A stretch of 64,000 nt of DNA, taken from assembly GCA_017528375.1 (NCBI GenBank), contig JAFXOY010000124.1:20209-84208 (forward strand), written 5' to 3'. Position numbers and translations under genes: made by a program. The notes under the pieces were generated by a model, which had not been told where the DNA came from, did not search any database, and was given only the letters and a program-made list of their open reading frames with translations. Shown here piece after piece: positions 34,890 to 44,155 of this stretch (position 1 is its first letter; every line of letters starts with the position of its first letter). The DNA comes from Clostridia bacterium (GTDB lineage Bacteria > Bacillota > Clostridia > TANB77 > CAG-508).

Positions 34890-35378
34890 TCATAAAATCT
34901 TTTCTTTGTCAAGTTCTATAATCTTTTGATTAGAACTTCCTCTTAATGGAAGGGTTATATCTCTTAAATCTTTTTCATATCTTCCATCAATAAGATAATT
35001 TGCTTGTTTTAAAATTTGATTAATTCTTTTATCTTTTTTATTTAATAATTCAGCAAAAGTATAACCAGACCAAATATATATTTTTATATTAGGATAGGCG
35101 GTGCGGACGGCGGTGATGATTGTCAAGACTCCGTCTAGGTTTTCATCACATAGAGGCTCACCACCTAAAACACTAAAGTTACGTTCTATACCATTGGCGC
35201 ATATAGCTTTAACTATCTGTCCTTTTAAATCTGCGGGCGCAGGCTATCCACCTTCAAAGTCCCAGGTTTCAGGATTGAAACATTCAGGGCAGTGATGGGG
35301 ACAACCTTGGACCCAAAGTGACACACAGACGCCGCCGCCATCAGTAAAATCATTTTTATTTAAGCCTGCAAGTCGCAT
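34890..35378 (-). CDS. nrdG: Anaerobic ribonucleotide reductase activating protein (radical SAM), one in-frame TAG
   Basis: ATG 35378 to TAA 34890-34892, in frame with track ORF 34890-35126 through the TAG at 35244-35246. Motifs: VSLWVQGCPHHCPECFNPETW, LGGEPL, LRGSSNQKI. Confidence 0.8.
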
Positions 35379-35381
35379 ATG

Positions 35382-35963
35382 TTAATTTCCTTCCTTTTTT
35401 AGCATATTTTCTACAAAAATTGCTCCCAATGAATTTCCCACTATAACCATTAAAAATTTCAACCAATTTATTGGGTCTGTTGTTACTAATAAATATGGGA
35501 AATCTGCAATACAGTGTTCTGCTCCAATTAAAATAAAAATCATAATAGCCAGAATAGTAATAATATAATTTTTAGCTTTAACTGCAAAATGGATTAGTCC
35601 CCCGCAGAATATACCACCAATTGCCATATCAACAAAATCTTTACTAAATTTTATTTGTGCTTTTGCTTGTAACATAGTAATAAAATCTTGATTCATTATT
35701 CCATAAATAAAAACACAGAATAAAATTCCTAATAAATTACCTATTAAAACTACAAAAAGAAATTTACTTTTTTCTTTTGTTAAATCATAAAAACCAATTT
35801 TACCCGTATATAAAGGTAAACCCAATTCTATAATTGTTAATAATCCAAAACTAAAGAACATTGCTCCTAGTTCAGGGACACCAGAGAGGGTGTTAATAAT
35901 AACACCCAATCCAATTAAAATACCTGCTATAACTGATGTATTCATTACTGTCATTCTTTCCAC
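35382..35963 (-). CDS. Compact six-helix formate/nitrite transporter (FNT)-like membrane protein
   Basis: Track ORF. ATG 35954 (an ATGA overlap with the nrdD stop) is an alternative start. Six hydrophobic segments are visible. GAEHCIADF resembles the FNT motif FEHS(I/V)ANM and LPLYTGK resembles ELFTGN. Confidence 0.55.
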   Translation of the reverse strand: MERMTVMNTSVIAGILIGLGVIINTLSGVPELGAMFFSFGLLTIIELGLPLYTGKIGFYDLTKEKSKFLFVVLIGNLLGILFCVFIYGIMNQDFITMLQAKAQIKFSKDFVDMAIGGIFCGGLIHFAVKAKNYIITILAIMIFILIGAEHCIADFPYLLVTTDPINWLKFLMVIVGNSLGAIFVENMLKKEGN

Positions 35964-38191
35964 CCTCTTAACATTTTTGAATGTTTAAATCTCATTTCTG
36001 TTTCTTGCTGTTTTCCTAAATTAAAAGCTGTTTTATAATCACCTGTTAAATATCCTGTTACTCTACGTAATCTTTGAATTTTATCGCTGCCGCATTGAGG
36101 GCATACATCATTTATTTCATCTGTATATCCACAATTTGTACACATATCATTTGGAACATTGATTGCGAAATAAGGAATGTCTTTATCCATAGCATAGTTT
36201 ACAATAGTTTCTAATGCTTCTATGTTATTTTTAACTCCGCTATCAAGTTCAACATAAGTGATACATCCTGCAGAACTATAACCTGTTAATTGACTTTCAA
36301 TATCAATTTTATCAAATGGACTCATTTCTTTCCATACTGGAACGTGCATTGAATTAGTAAAGAAATCATTTTCAGAAACATTAGGAATTTCTCCATATTT
36401 TGCTTTAAAACGAGTCATTGCAGTGTAACATAAGTTTTCTGCTGGGGTATAGTATACTCCAAAATTAAGTTTATAATCTTGTTTAAACTCTGCGCACCTA
36501 TCTTTAAATAATTGTTCGATACGTTTAGCCAGTTTCATACCTTCTTCTGTTGTATGATCTGTTTTAATTAATATTTGTAAGCATTCAGCTAAACCCAATT
36601 GTCCTATAACTATTGTTCCGTGTTTAAGTGCAGAACGAATACCCTCTTCAGGAATATAACCTTCCATTGTACCATTTTCATACATAAATTTTGCAGAAGC
36701 TGGGGATTGCGAACAAATATATTCAAATCTTTCAAGAAGCATATCTTTTGCTTGATGAATTTTTTCATCTAATAAGTCCATAAAATTAGCAATTCCATCG
36801 CGAGCATCAAAATAATCTGTATTTTTATATTTTTCTGTAGCTTCCATAGCAATAGTAGGAAGAATAATGGTTACTGGACAAATATTTCCTCTACCGTCTT
36901 TGAGTTGACCGAATCCGTTGATATCAAAACCATTTGCCGTTCTACATCCCATCGTAGAGAAATAGGTACGGGGATCATTTCTATCGTAGCCAATATTTCC
37001 TGTCCAGTCGACATTTGCGTAGTTAGGATATAACCTTTTTGCAGTGCTTTCTAATGCCAATTTGTACAAGTCGTAATTGGGATCTCCAGGGTCACGATTA
37101 ACTCCTTTCATACATTGAAAAATTCCACATGGGAATATAGGTGTCTTGTGTAATCTACCATTACCTTCAATTGAGGCGTCGAGCAATGCTTTAATTATCA
37201 TACGCCCTTCTGGTAAAGTACAAGTACCGTAATTAATTGAAGTGAACGGCAACTGGTTACCAGAGCGACTTTGTAACGTGTTGAGATTATGATACATGCC
37301 TTCTACCGCCTGATATGTTTCTCGTGTTGTCATATCTATTGCGTACTGATATACTTTTGGAAATTTTTCAGTAAAATGTTTATTGTCAATAGAAAGCTAA
37401 GTTAAATATTCCCAATCTAATTCATCTTTACACCCAGCAATATAATGATAACCATCTTTCCAATGTTTTACAAAACTCTTTCTAACATACGGAACCATAG
37501 TCCAATCAAGATGGCTTGCCGAAACACCACCAAATTGATTTAACGATTGAAGCTGAAATAGTACCGCTACAAGCTGAAACGCTGTATTTATGGAATTAGC
37601 CGGCCGCACATCAGTCTGCCTTGTATTAAATCCATTAGCTAATAATTTATCAAAAGGAATGGTTAAGCAATTATGGTCACCAAGTGCATAATGGTCTAAA
37701 TCGTGAATATAAATTTCATTATTTCTATGTAAATCTGCCATCCATTTTGGCATACAATAATTTAATGCATATTCTTTTAGATTTGCGGAACTGGCTTCAC
37801 CCATCCTTCCGCCAAAAGACTCTTCATCTACGTTGGCATTTTGCATTGTATTATCTTCTACATTAAGTTTCTTTTCAATGTTTTTTACATAAGTTCCATT
37901 AGCTTCTCTAGCTTTGGTTCTCTCTTGTCTATATGTAATGTATGCTTTAGCTACATCTTTACGTTTAGTAGACATTAATCCTTTTTCTACTAAGTCTTGA
38001 ATTTCTTCAATGGATAAAATTCCATCATAGTCAATACAGTATCCTTCAATATAATCTGCTATATTATTAGCTTTATCAATAGCATAATCTGTTAATTTTC
38101 CATCAACAGCCGCAAAAGCCTTTAATATAGCATTTTTAATTTTCTAAGGGTTAAAGTCTACTAATCTATTATCTCTTTTTTTAATTTTCAT
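35951..38191 (-). CDS. nrdD: Anaerobic (class III) ribonucleoside-triphosphate reductase, two in-frame TAG
   Basis: ATG 38191 follows GGAGGA. Track ORFs 37397-37975 and 35951-37333 share its frame and are joined by the TAG at 37397-37399; a second TAG lies at 38144-38146 in the N-terminal ATP cone (KKRDNRLVDF). The C-terminus has the Zn-ribbon CTNCG..CPQCG and the glycyl-radical motif RRVTGYL. Confidence 0.85.
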
Positions 38192-38255
38192 ATAAAATCC
38201 TCCTAGGTATTTAAAATTATTTTAAGGAAACATAATATATTAAAATTAAAGTATA

Positions 38256-38864
38256 TTAATTATTTTTTCCTGTCCAATTTATTATTTTAGAAATCAAATC
38301 ATCTAATACAGGTTGAATTTCTTCGTCAGTATTATTTTCTATTGTTTGATATATAAAATTAATTTTTTGAAAATCTTCTTTATCAGTTTGAAAGCGTCTA
38401 CATATTTCATAACAATCTGGATTTTTTTCACGCATTAGTTGTCTTATCAGTCTAAGTTTGTCATATGCATACACATAAATTGGAAGAACTTCACATTCTG
38501 AATTTTTTAATAGACTCTGTATTCCTTGAATATTAAATGTTCCGATATTTATTTTGTTTTTAACCAAATGGTCAATTGAGGTTCCGTACCACCACCCACG
38601 AAAACATTTAAATTCTAGCCATTTATGCATATTTTCCCAGTTCATAAACTCTTCTCCAGTTTGAATAAAATGATAGTCTATACCATCTTTTTCACCTTCT
38701 CGCGGAGGACGAGTGGTACAAGGGACAATTTTATGCAAATGTCCCTTGCCCCAAATTGTCTCCATTATCTTTCTTTGTATATAATCCTTGCCAGAACCCG
38801 CAGGTCCAAATAAAGCTACAATTTTATATTTATCCATATAATATTCCTCTTTATATTTATCCAT
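38256..38864 (-). CDS. Guanylate-kinase-like deoxynucleoside monophosphate kinase
   Basis: Track ORF. P-loop GPAGSGKD and the motif TTRPPREGEKDGIDYHF are present. ATG 38837 is an alternative start because of the 27-bp duplication. Confidence 0.65.
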   Translation of the reverse strand: MDKYKEEYYMDKYKIVALFGPAGSGKDYIQRKIMETIWGKGHLHKIVPCTTRPPREGEKDGIDYHFIQTGEEFMNWENMHKWLEFKCFRGWWYGTSIDHLVKNKINIGTFNIQGIQSLLKNSECEVLPIYVYAYDKLRLIRQLMREKNPDCYEICRRFQTDKEDFQKINFIYQTIENNTDEEIQPVLDDLISKIINWTGKNN

Positions 38865-38876
38865 ATAATATTCCTC
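38823..38876. repeat. Perfect 27-bp tandem duplication covering RBS, ATG and the first 5 codons of the kinase gene
   Basis: TTTATATTTATCCATATAATATTCCTC occurs at 38823-38849 and again at 38850-38876. Confidence 0.9.
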
Positions 38877-39051
38877 GATTACATTTTGGACATTTAATTA
38901 TAACAGTTTCATGAGGTTTTCTATTTTTAAATTTAATAATATTTCCACAAAAACAAAAAACACCATCTTGATACTCTCCAAATAATGAACCGTTCCAAGG
39001 AGAAGATATCATATCTTCTTCTGGAATTTGTCGAATTGAATTATTATTCAT
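38857..39051 (-). CDS. Small zinc-ribbon protein
   Basis: Track ORF 38857-39069. The likely start is ATG 39051, overlapping the end of the polymerase gene. Cys pairs: CFCG..CPKC. Confidence 0.45.
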   Translation of the reverse strand: MNNNSIRQIPEEDMISSPWNGSLFGEYQDGVFCFCGNIIKFKNRKPHETVIIKCPKCNRGILYG

Positions 39052-42000
39052 TATTTTCCTCCATTCCATATCTTGTTGATGTTAATTCTATTGTTCTCCC
39101 ATCAACGTTTATAATTTTATATAAATGATGTCCAGGCGTTTTACTATATTTTTTACAAACAAATGTATCGTCTCTTCGATATCCTGTTATTAATAATTTA
39201 GTTCCACGAGTGAACCATCCTTTTTCCTTAACTTTTTTTACACCACTTTCATCTATCTCACTAATCTGACGATTATACATTGCATAATGATCACGAGAAA
39301 ACTTCACATTAACTACTCCTGTAGTTGTTAGTAAGGTAACAAAATGTCTAGTATCATTTTTTCCAATTACTGTTCCCGCTACTTTAAACAATTGATAAAT
39401 TGGAATTTGTTTACCATTTCGCTTAAAGAAATAATCTACAATAGGCTCAGATGGAAGTTTATTAAAATCTATGATACCATATTTAGTTGTATCAACATTA
39501 ATTAATTCATGCTCATGATAATAAAAACATAAACTTGACATTTCCCACGATGAAATATTTCCTGTTGCATATTTTTCCCATTCACTTTTAAATAATTTTG
39601 CATTTAATTCATTTAATACTTCTTGTTGATTTTCTTTCAACCAATCTCTAATAAAATCCATATGAGATTGATATATTTTATCCCATGCTTTTTGGTCTAT
39701 TAAAAACACATTGTTCTCAATATTAATTTTATCCATATCAAAATATTGAGAATAAAATTTCATACCATATTCATCAGGCATATAAAAATAATTTTTCCAC
39801 TTATGTTCTTTAAGATATTTATTAAAATAAAAAACCTTTTTTTCAAAATCAAGAGAAGATGGAACAAGATTTTGATTTATTAAACCATTGAGATTTTGTA
39901 GTGTAAGTTTCTTTTTGGGTTCAGAAGTTAATGATAAATAATATCCCATTATTAAAATGCGGACATCGCTATGTGTTTCGTTAGCCCAGTCCATTTCAAG
40001 ATTATCAAATGCCCCACCTTTTATTAAATTTATCATTGCAGTTTTATTTAATGGACATCTATTTAAAAAATCTTTAAATGATTTATATGGACGCCCAGCT
40101 TTAATAATATCTACAACATTAGCACCAACATTACTTAATGCTTTCATACCAAACAAAATTTGATTATTTTCAACATCTGGTTTAAATCCATAATCAGATT
40201 TATTAATATCAATTAATGATACTTTAATACCATCTTCAATAATTTCACCAAGTGCTTTGGCAATTTTACCATAATCTGTACTTTGTTCTTTTTTCTTTAT
40301 TGGCTGATCATCTTCGTCATATTCATTATCATCTTCATCTTCTAAACTACCACTATTTACAACTAAGCAAGCTGTGTCCCAATAAATTGGATTCCAATTA
40401 GTTGCAATATATGCTGTTTGAAAACCAATAAAACTATATGCAAGAGCATGAATGATACTGAAACTATATCCCATCTGAGGACCAACGCCCTTTTCCCATA
40501 CATACTTACCAAGTTTTTCAGAACTTGCTTTCTCTAAAATTTGTTGATGTAACTCTGGGATTTTACTCATTTGTTTTTTACCAACAATTTTACGTGCGGC
40601 ATTAGCTTCTTTTAATGTAAAGCCACAGATATTTTCATCCATTAGCATTAACATTAGCTGTTCTTGTGAAGGCGGGACTCCATAAGATGATTTAAAGTAT
40701 GGCTCTAAAGTAGCTTGTTCTTCTTTAGTAAGACCAACTCCATCCATTTCTTTATACCATAAATCTAAATTATTTTTAAAACGGATATATTTTTCCATAG
40801 GTGTTTCCGCACCTTTTTCCGCTGTCATTAATCTCATAAGTCCATTAGCATCTGCCAATTCCAAAATTGTTTTCGGTTTAATCTTTTTTGCCGCCTGACT
40901 TCCAACTTCTGAATCAAACTGAAATATATTAATTACCGATCCATTTTTTATAGCCTCCCATACTCTTTCATCATCCATAGGAAGTACATTAGGATGAAAA
41001 TATTTATCATATACACTTCTTAAATTAATTCCATTATCTTCAATAACTCCATCCGACTGAAGGAATCTAATTGCCTGAGCAAGTTTATCCTGGACTTCTG
41101 TTACTAAGAAGTCATATTTTGTCATTCCCGCAGCTTCACAATCATGAAGGTCATATTGTGTAATAATTTCTCCTTTAGGGGTTCTCATAAAGCATCCAAA
41201 TTGATATGGATCTTCATCAAATAAAATAACTCCACTTGCATGAGAAGAACGCTTATTAATCAATCCTTCAATACCAAACATGATATCTAATAAGCCAGGA
41301 TACATATTTACTTCATTAATAAATAAAGCAATAGGCTCTCTATCTTTATCTTTATTACCATAAACAACATCATTTAAAGACCATAAAAAACCTCTTTCAG
41401 ACGGAATTAAAGATGCAATATACTGAGCTTCATCATTATCAATACCGTCTGTAAATTCTTCACTTCTATAACCGCGGCAGGCTGTTAATACTGCGGACTT
41501 GGTCTGTTCGGTACCATATGTAGCTATCAATGTGCAACCTAGATTTTTCCTTGAAAGCTCGTCTATGTCAGGATTAAACCGACCGCCGCGCTCTTCTTTT
41601 ATCTTTTTTACTATTGTTCCTTTTTTAGACGGGCATATATCAATATCAATATCACCTAATTCAACACGCTCTTCATTCATATATCTAAAGAATGGCAAAT
41701 TCCATTCAATAGGGTCAAGCTGTGTTATGCCTAATAAGTAGTGGTTCAATGCTGCACATGACGAGCCTCTTCCTGCACCAACCAGGCTTCCGCACTCCCA
41801 CATCATATCAATATAATATTTTAACGTAATAGGATACTTAAACATATTAGTTCCAAGTTTTTCTCCTATTATTCTTTTTACCCTTGCTTCTTCTTCTAAT
41901 TCAACAATATATTTATCATCTCCTGTATCAAGATAATAATTCCAACCTTTATTTATATTATTTAATTGATTCCAACATTCATTAATCCAATATCTATCTT

Positions 42001-43021
42001 GAATATCTTCTGATGTAAATAATTTTTTAATGTTTGGATATAACATCATATCGTCTGCATAATCATTATTTACTCCCCACCAAGAACTTTTTGGATAATC
42101 TTTAACGGGAACATTAGGAATTGTTTGATTATGAAGTAAATCATAAATCTCAATTTTATCAAACATTTCCATACTATTGTTACACATTTCATCTAACAAG
42201 AATCCGATAGAAGGTTCAAGATTCTTTTTTAAATCATCTTCATCTTGCAAATAAGCATATTCATAAAAGCTGTCAACTTCTCTTTCTCCATTTTTTGAGT
42301 TAAGATATGCTTTATGGATATATCTATCTTCTTTCTTTAAATAATGTGCGTCATCACCAATAACTAATTTTTTATTATATAATTGTGCTATTTGTGCTAA
42401 TTTATTATTAACTAATATTTGTTCTTTAGATTGTGCGGGGGCCACCTCAATGTAGAAATCATCCCCGAACAATTCATCCATAAATTGGATATATGCAATA
42501 ATCTGATTATATTTTTCAGTTGCTGTATTTAAATCTTCAATATGTCTGGCTTTTTCCATTTCTAAAACAGAACTGGATAATTCTCCTCCAAGACACGCGG
42601 ATGTTGCTAATAAATGACCTGGCTCCCGCATGACTATATCTTTCAATTCGCTCTTGAGAGTTGGTACTCTTTCCATACCCCTATCCCAATATGAATTCAT
42701 CCAAGCTAGTGAAGATAACTGACGTAACTGTTTGTGACCTATCGAATCCTTAGCCACCAATATCTGGTGGTAGTACTTGATTCCGTTAGTTCTTACGTCC
42801 GTTAAATATATTTCATTACCTATTGCTATTTTAAAATCTGGATTTTCTTTTTGAAGTTTACATATACGAATAGATTGAGCTATCGTTTCATGGTCTGTTA
42901 TTGCCAATCCTGATAACCCAATCTCCTTTCCTCTATTTATAAGGTTCGGTAATTTATTAATACAATCAAGTAAACGGAAGTTTGACATTTCCGTATGAGT
43001 ATGAGGACAAAATCTAATCAC
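39044..43021 (-). CDS. dnaE: DNA polymerase III alpha subunit (DnaE-type, N-terminal PHP domain), TAG-free
   Basis: Intact 1325-aa ORF. PHP motifs HTHTEMS and ITDHE are present, and the layout is typical of PolIII alpha. Confidence 0.85.
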   Translation of the reverse strand: MIRFCPHTHTEMSNFRLLDCINKLPNLINRGKEIGLSGLAITDHETIAQSIRICKLQKENPDFKIAIGNEIYLTDVRTNGIKYYHQILVAKDSIGHKQLRQLSSLAWMNSYWDRGMERVPTLKSELKDIVMREPGHLLATSACLGGELSSSVLEMEKARHIEDLNTATEKYNQIIAYIQFMDELFGDDFYIEVAPAQSKEQILVNNKLAQIAQLYNKKLVIGDDAHYLKKEDRYIHKAYLNSKNGEREVDSFYEYAYLQDEDDLKKNLEPSIGFLLDEMCNNSMEMFDKIEIYDLLHNQTIPNVPVKDYPKSSWWGVNNDYADDMMLYPNIKKLFTSEDIQDRYWINECWNQLNNINKGWNYYLDTGDDKYIVELEEEARVKRIIGEKLGTNMFKYPITLKYYIDMMWECGSLVGAGRGSSCAALNHYLLGITQLDPIEWNLPFFRYMNEERVELGDIDIDICPSKKGTIVKKIKEERGGRFNPDIDELSRKNLGCTLIATYGTEQTKSAVLTACRGYRSEEFTDGIDNDEAQYIASLIPSERGFLWSLNDVVYGNKDKDREPIALFINEVNMYPGLLDIMFGIEGLINKRSSHASGVILFDEDPYQFGCFMRTPKGEIITQYDLHDCEAAGMTKYDFLVTEVQDKLAQAIRFLQSDGVIEDNGINLRSVYDKYFHPNVLPMDDERVWEAIKNGSVINIFQFDSEVGSQAAKKIKPKTILELADANGLMRLMTAEKGAETPMEKYIRFKNNLDLWYKEMDGVGLTKEEQATLEPYFKSSYGVPPSQEQLMLMLMDENICGFTLKEANAARKIVGKKQMSKIPELHQQILEKASSEKLGKYVWEKGVGPQMGYSFSIIHALAYSFIGFQTAYIATNWNPIYWDTACLVVNSGSLEDEDDNEYDEDDQPIKKKEQSTDYGKIAKALGEIIEDGIKVSLIDINKSDYGFKPDVENNQILFGMKALSNVGANVVDIIKAGRPYKSFKDFLNRCPLNKTAMINLIKGGAFDNLEMDWANETHSDVRILIMGYYLSLTSEPKKKLTLQNLNGLINQNLVPSSLDFEKKVFYFNKYLKEHKWKNYFYMPDEYGMKFYSQYFDMDKINIENNVFLIDQKAWDKIYQSHMDFIRDWLKENQQEVLNELNAKLFKSEWEKYATGNISSWEMSSLCFYYHEHELINVDTTKYGIIDFNKLPSEPIVDYFFKRNGKQIPIYQLFKVAGTVIGKNDTRHFVTLLTTTGVVNVKFSRDHYAMYNRQISEIDESGVKKVKEKGWFTRGTKLLITGYRRDDTFVCKKYSKTPGHHLYKIINVDGRTIELTSTRYGMEENNE

Positions 43022-43054
43022 ACATTTTACCCCTTTTCTTAATTTTCTATATAT

Positions 43055-43083
43055 ATTATATCATAATTTTATAAAAAATGCAA
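43055..43083 (-). promoter_or_regulatory. Sigma-A type promoter upstream of dnaE, fused to a terminator hairpin
   Basis: On the minus strand: TTGCAT, a 17-nt spacer, then TATAAT. The -35 box is the 3' arm of the hairpin ATGCAAG..CTTGCAT (43078-43097), which is followed by a T-run. Confidence 0.6.
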
Positions 43084-43200
43084 GATTAATCTTGCATTTT
43101 CTAGATTGGCATACTTTTGATTATACCCAATACCCATTGAGGACATGGAACATTATTCCACTTATTAGAATAATTTATCTTTTCTAATAATCTAACTCTA

Positions 43201-43662
43201 TCAATTAATTGGATATTCTAATTCTTTACATTCTATTCCGTGTTCATTGAAATACTCCTGTAGCATTTTTCTTTCACTGCAAGGATTATTAGGTGCTTCA
43301 TATACAATTAAAACTATAATTGGTTCCTCGTCAAAAGGTCTATGAAATTTATTGGCACAATAATTAAATCCTTTTATCATTTTATCAAAGTCAACTGTTT
43401 CTAACAATTGGCGATACTCTTTCATTGTTGTACACTGCCCCTTTAATTCATTTTTATTTTCGCAGGGGCAGCTACATGTTCCCATGTACTGGACTATGAG
43501 AGGTTCATACCGGAGCCCGCACACTATTCCTCTTTTGTCAAAATAATATTCCTCTCCATCTGGAGGCTGATACCATATAGGGTCAGATAAACAAGTCGAT
43601 ACGGGAATCATATTTTGTTTAAAATTTCTAATTTGATAAAAATACGATGTTCTTATTTTCAT
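43201..43662 (-). CDS. Hypothetical protein (153 aa)
   Basis: Intact track ORF. Confidence 0.55.
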   Translation of the reverse strand: MKIRTSYFYQIRNFKQNMIPVSTCLSDPIWYQPPDGEEYYFDKRGIVCGLRYEPLIVQYMGTCSCPCENKNELKGQCTTMKEYRQLLETVDFDKMIKGFNYCANKFHRPFDEEPIIVLIVYEAPNNPCSERKMLQEYFNEHGIECKELEYPIN

Positions 43663-43808
43663 TCTTCTTCTTCAGCGGGTAAAATCGTTTCCATTAATGC
43701 TCTTGCCCATACTTTTTTCTCTTCTTTGTCAACTGTTAAATCGTCTATTTCATCAACTATTTTTTCCGCCATTGCTATTGCAGCTTGACGATTAATTAAA
43801 TCTTTCAT
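43659..43808 (-). CDS. Small hypothetical protein (49 aa) with acidic tail
   Basis: ATG 43808 to TGA 43659-43661, overlapping the next gene's start as ATGA. It contains a QAAIAMAEK motif. Confidence 0.4.
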   Translation of the reverse strand: MKDLINRQAAIAMAEKIVDEIDDLTVDKEEKKVWARALMETILPAEEEE

Positions 43809-43811
43809 TTT

Positions 43812-44132
43812 TTATTCCTCTTTTTCTATTATTACTGGCATATTATCTAATGTTCTCCAGAGGGCTTTATTTGCAAAGTCTGAAGAATCAAGTCTGTCCC
43901 ATTGTGGCACTAGTCTTTTATTTAACTCGTCTACATCAATAAGTCTTCCATGTGGCTCTTTTATTCCTATTAAAGGACAGTCTTCATGCTTTTTAATTTC
44001 ATATATCTATTCTGTTATTTCTTCTCCTATTATAGAACAAAATCTACAATAATGGTCTTTATTAACAAAACCATATTTTAATGGACAATCAAAACAATTT
44101 TTTGGCATTTTAATATTTAATAATACACTCAT
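43812..44132 (-). CDS. Cys-rich hypothetical protein (106 aa), one in-frame TAG
   Basis: ATG 44132 to TAA 43812-43814, with a TAG at 44007-44009 (frame-checked). Confidence 0.45.
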
Positions 44133-44155
44133 TTTTTTCCCTCATTAATGTTACT

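Noticed and set aside
35951-38191. nrdD appears as two ORFs (35951-37333 and 37397-37975), which recalls the intron-split nrdD (sunY) of T4 or an intein.
   Set aside because: The two parts are in the same frame and only 63 nt apart. They are separated by a single in-frame TAG at 37397-37399, and the intervening codons read as normal protein. No intron or intein is needed.
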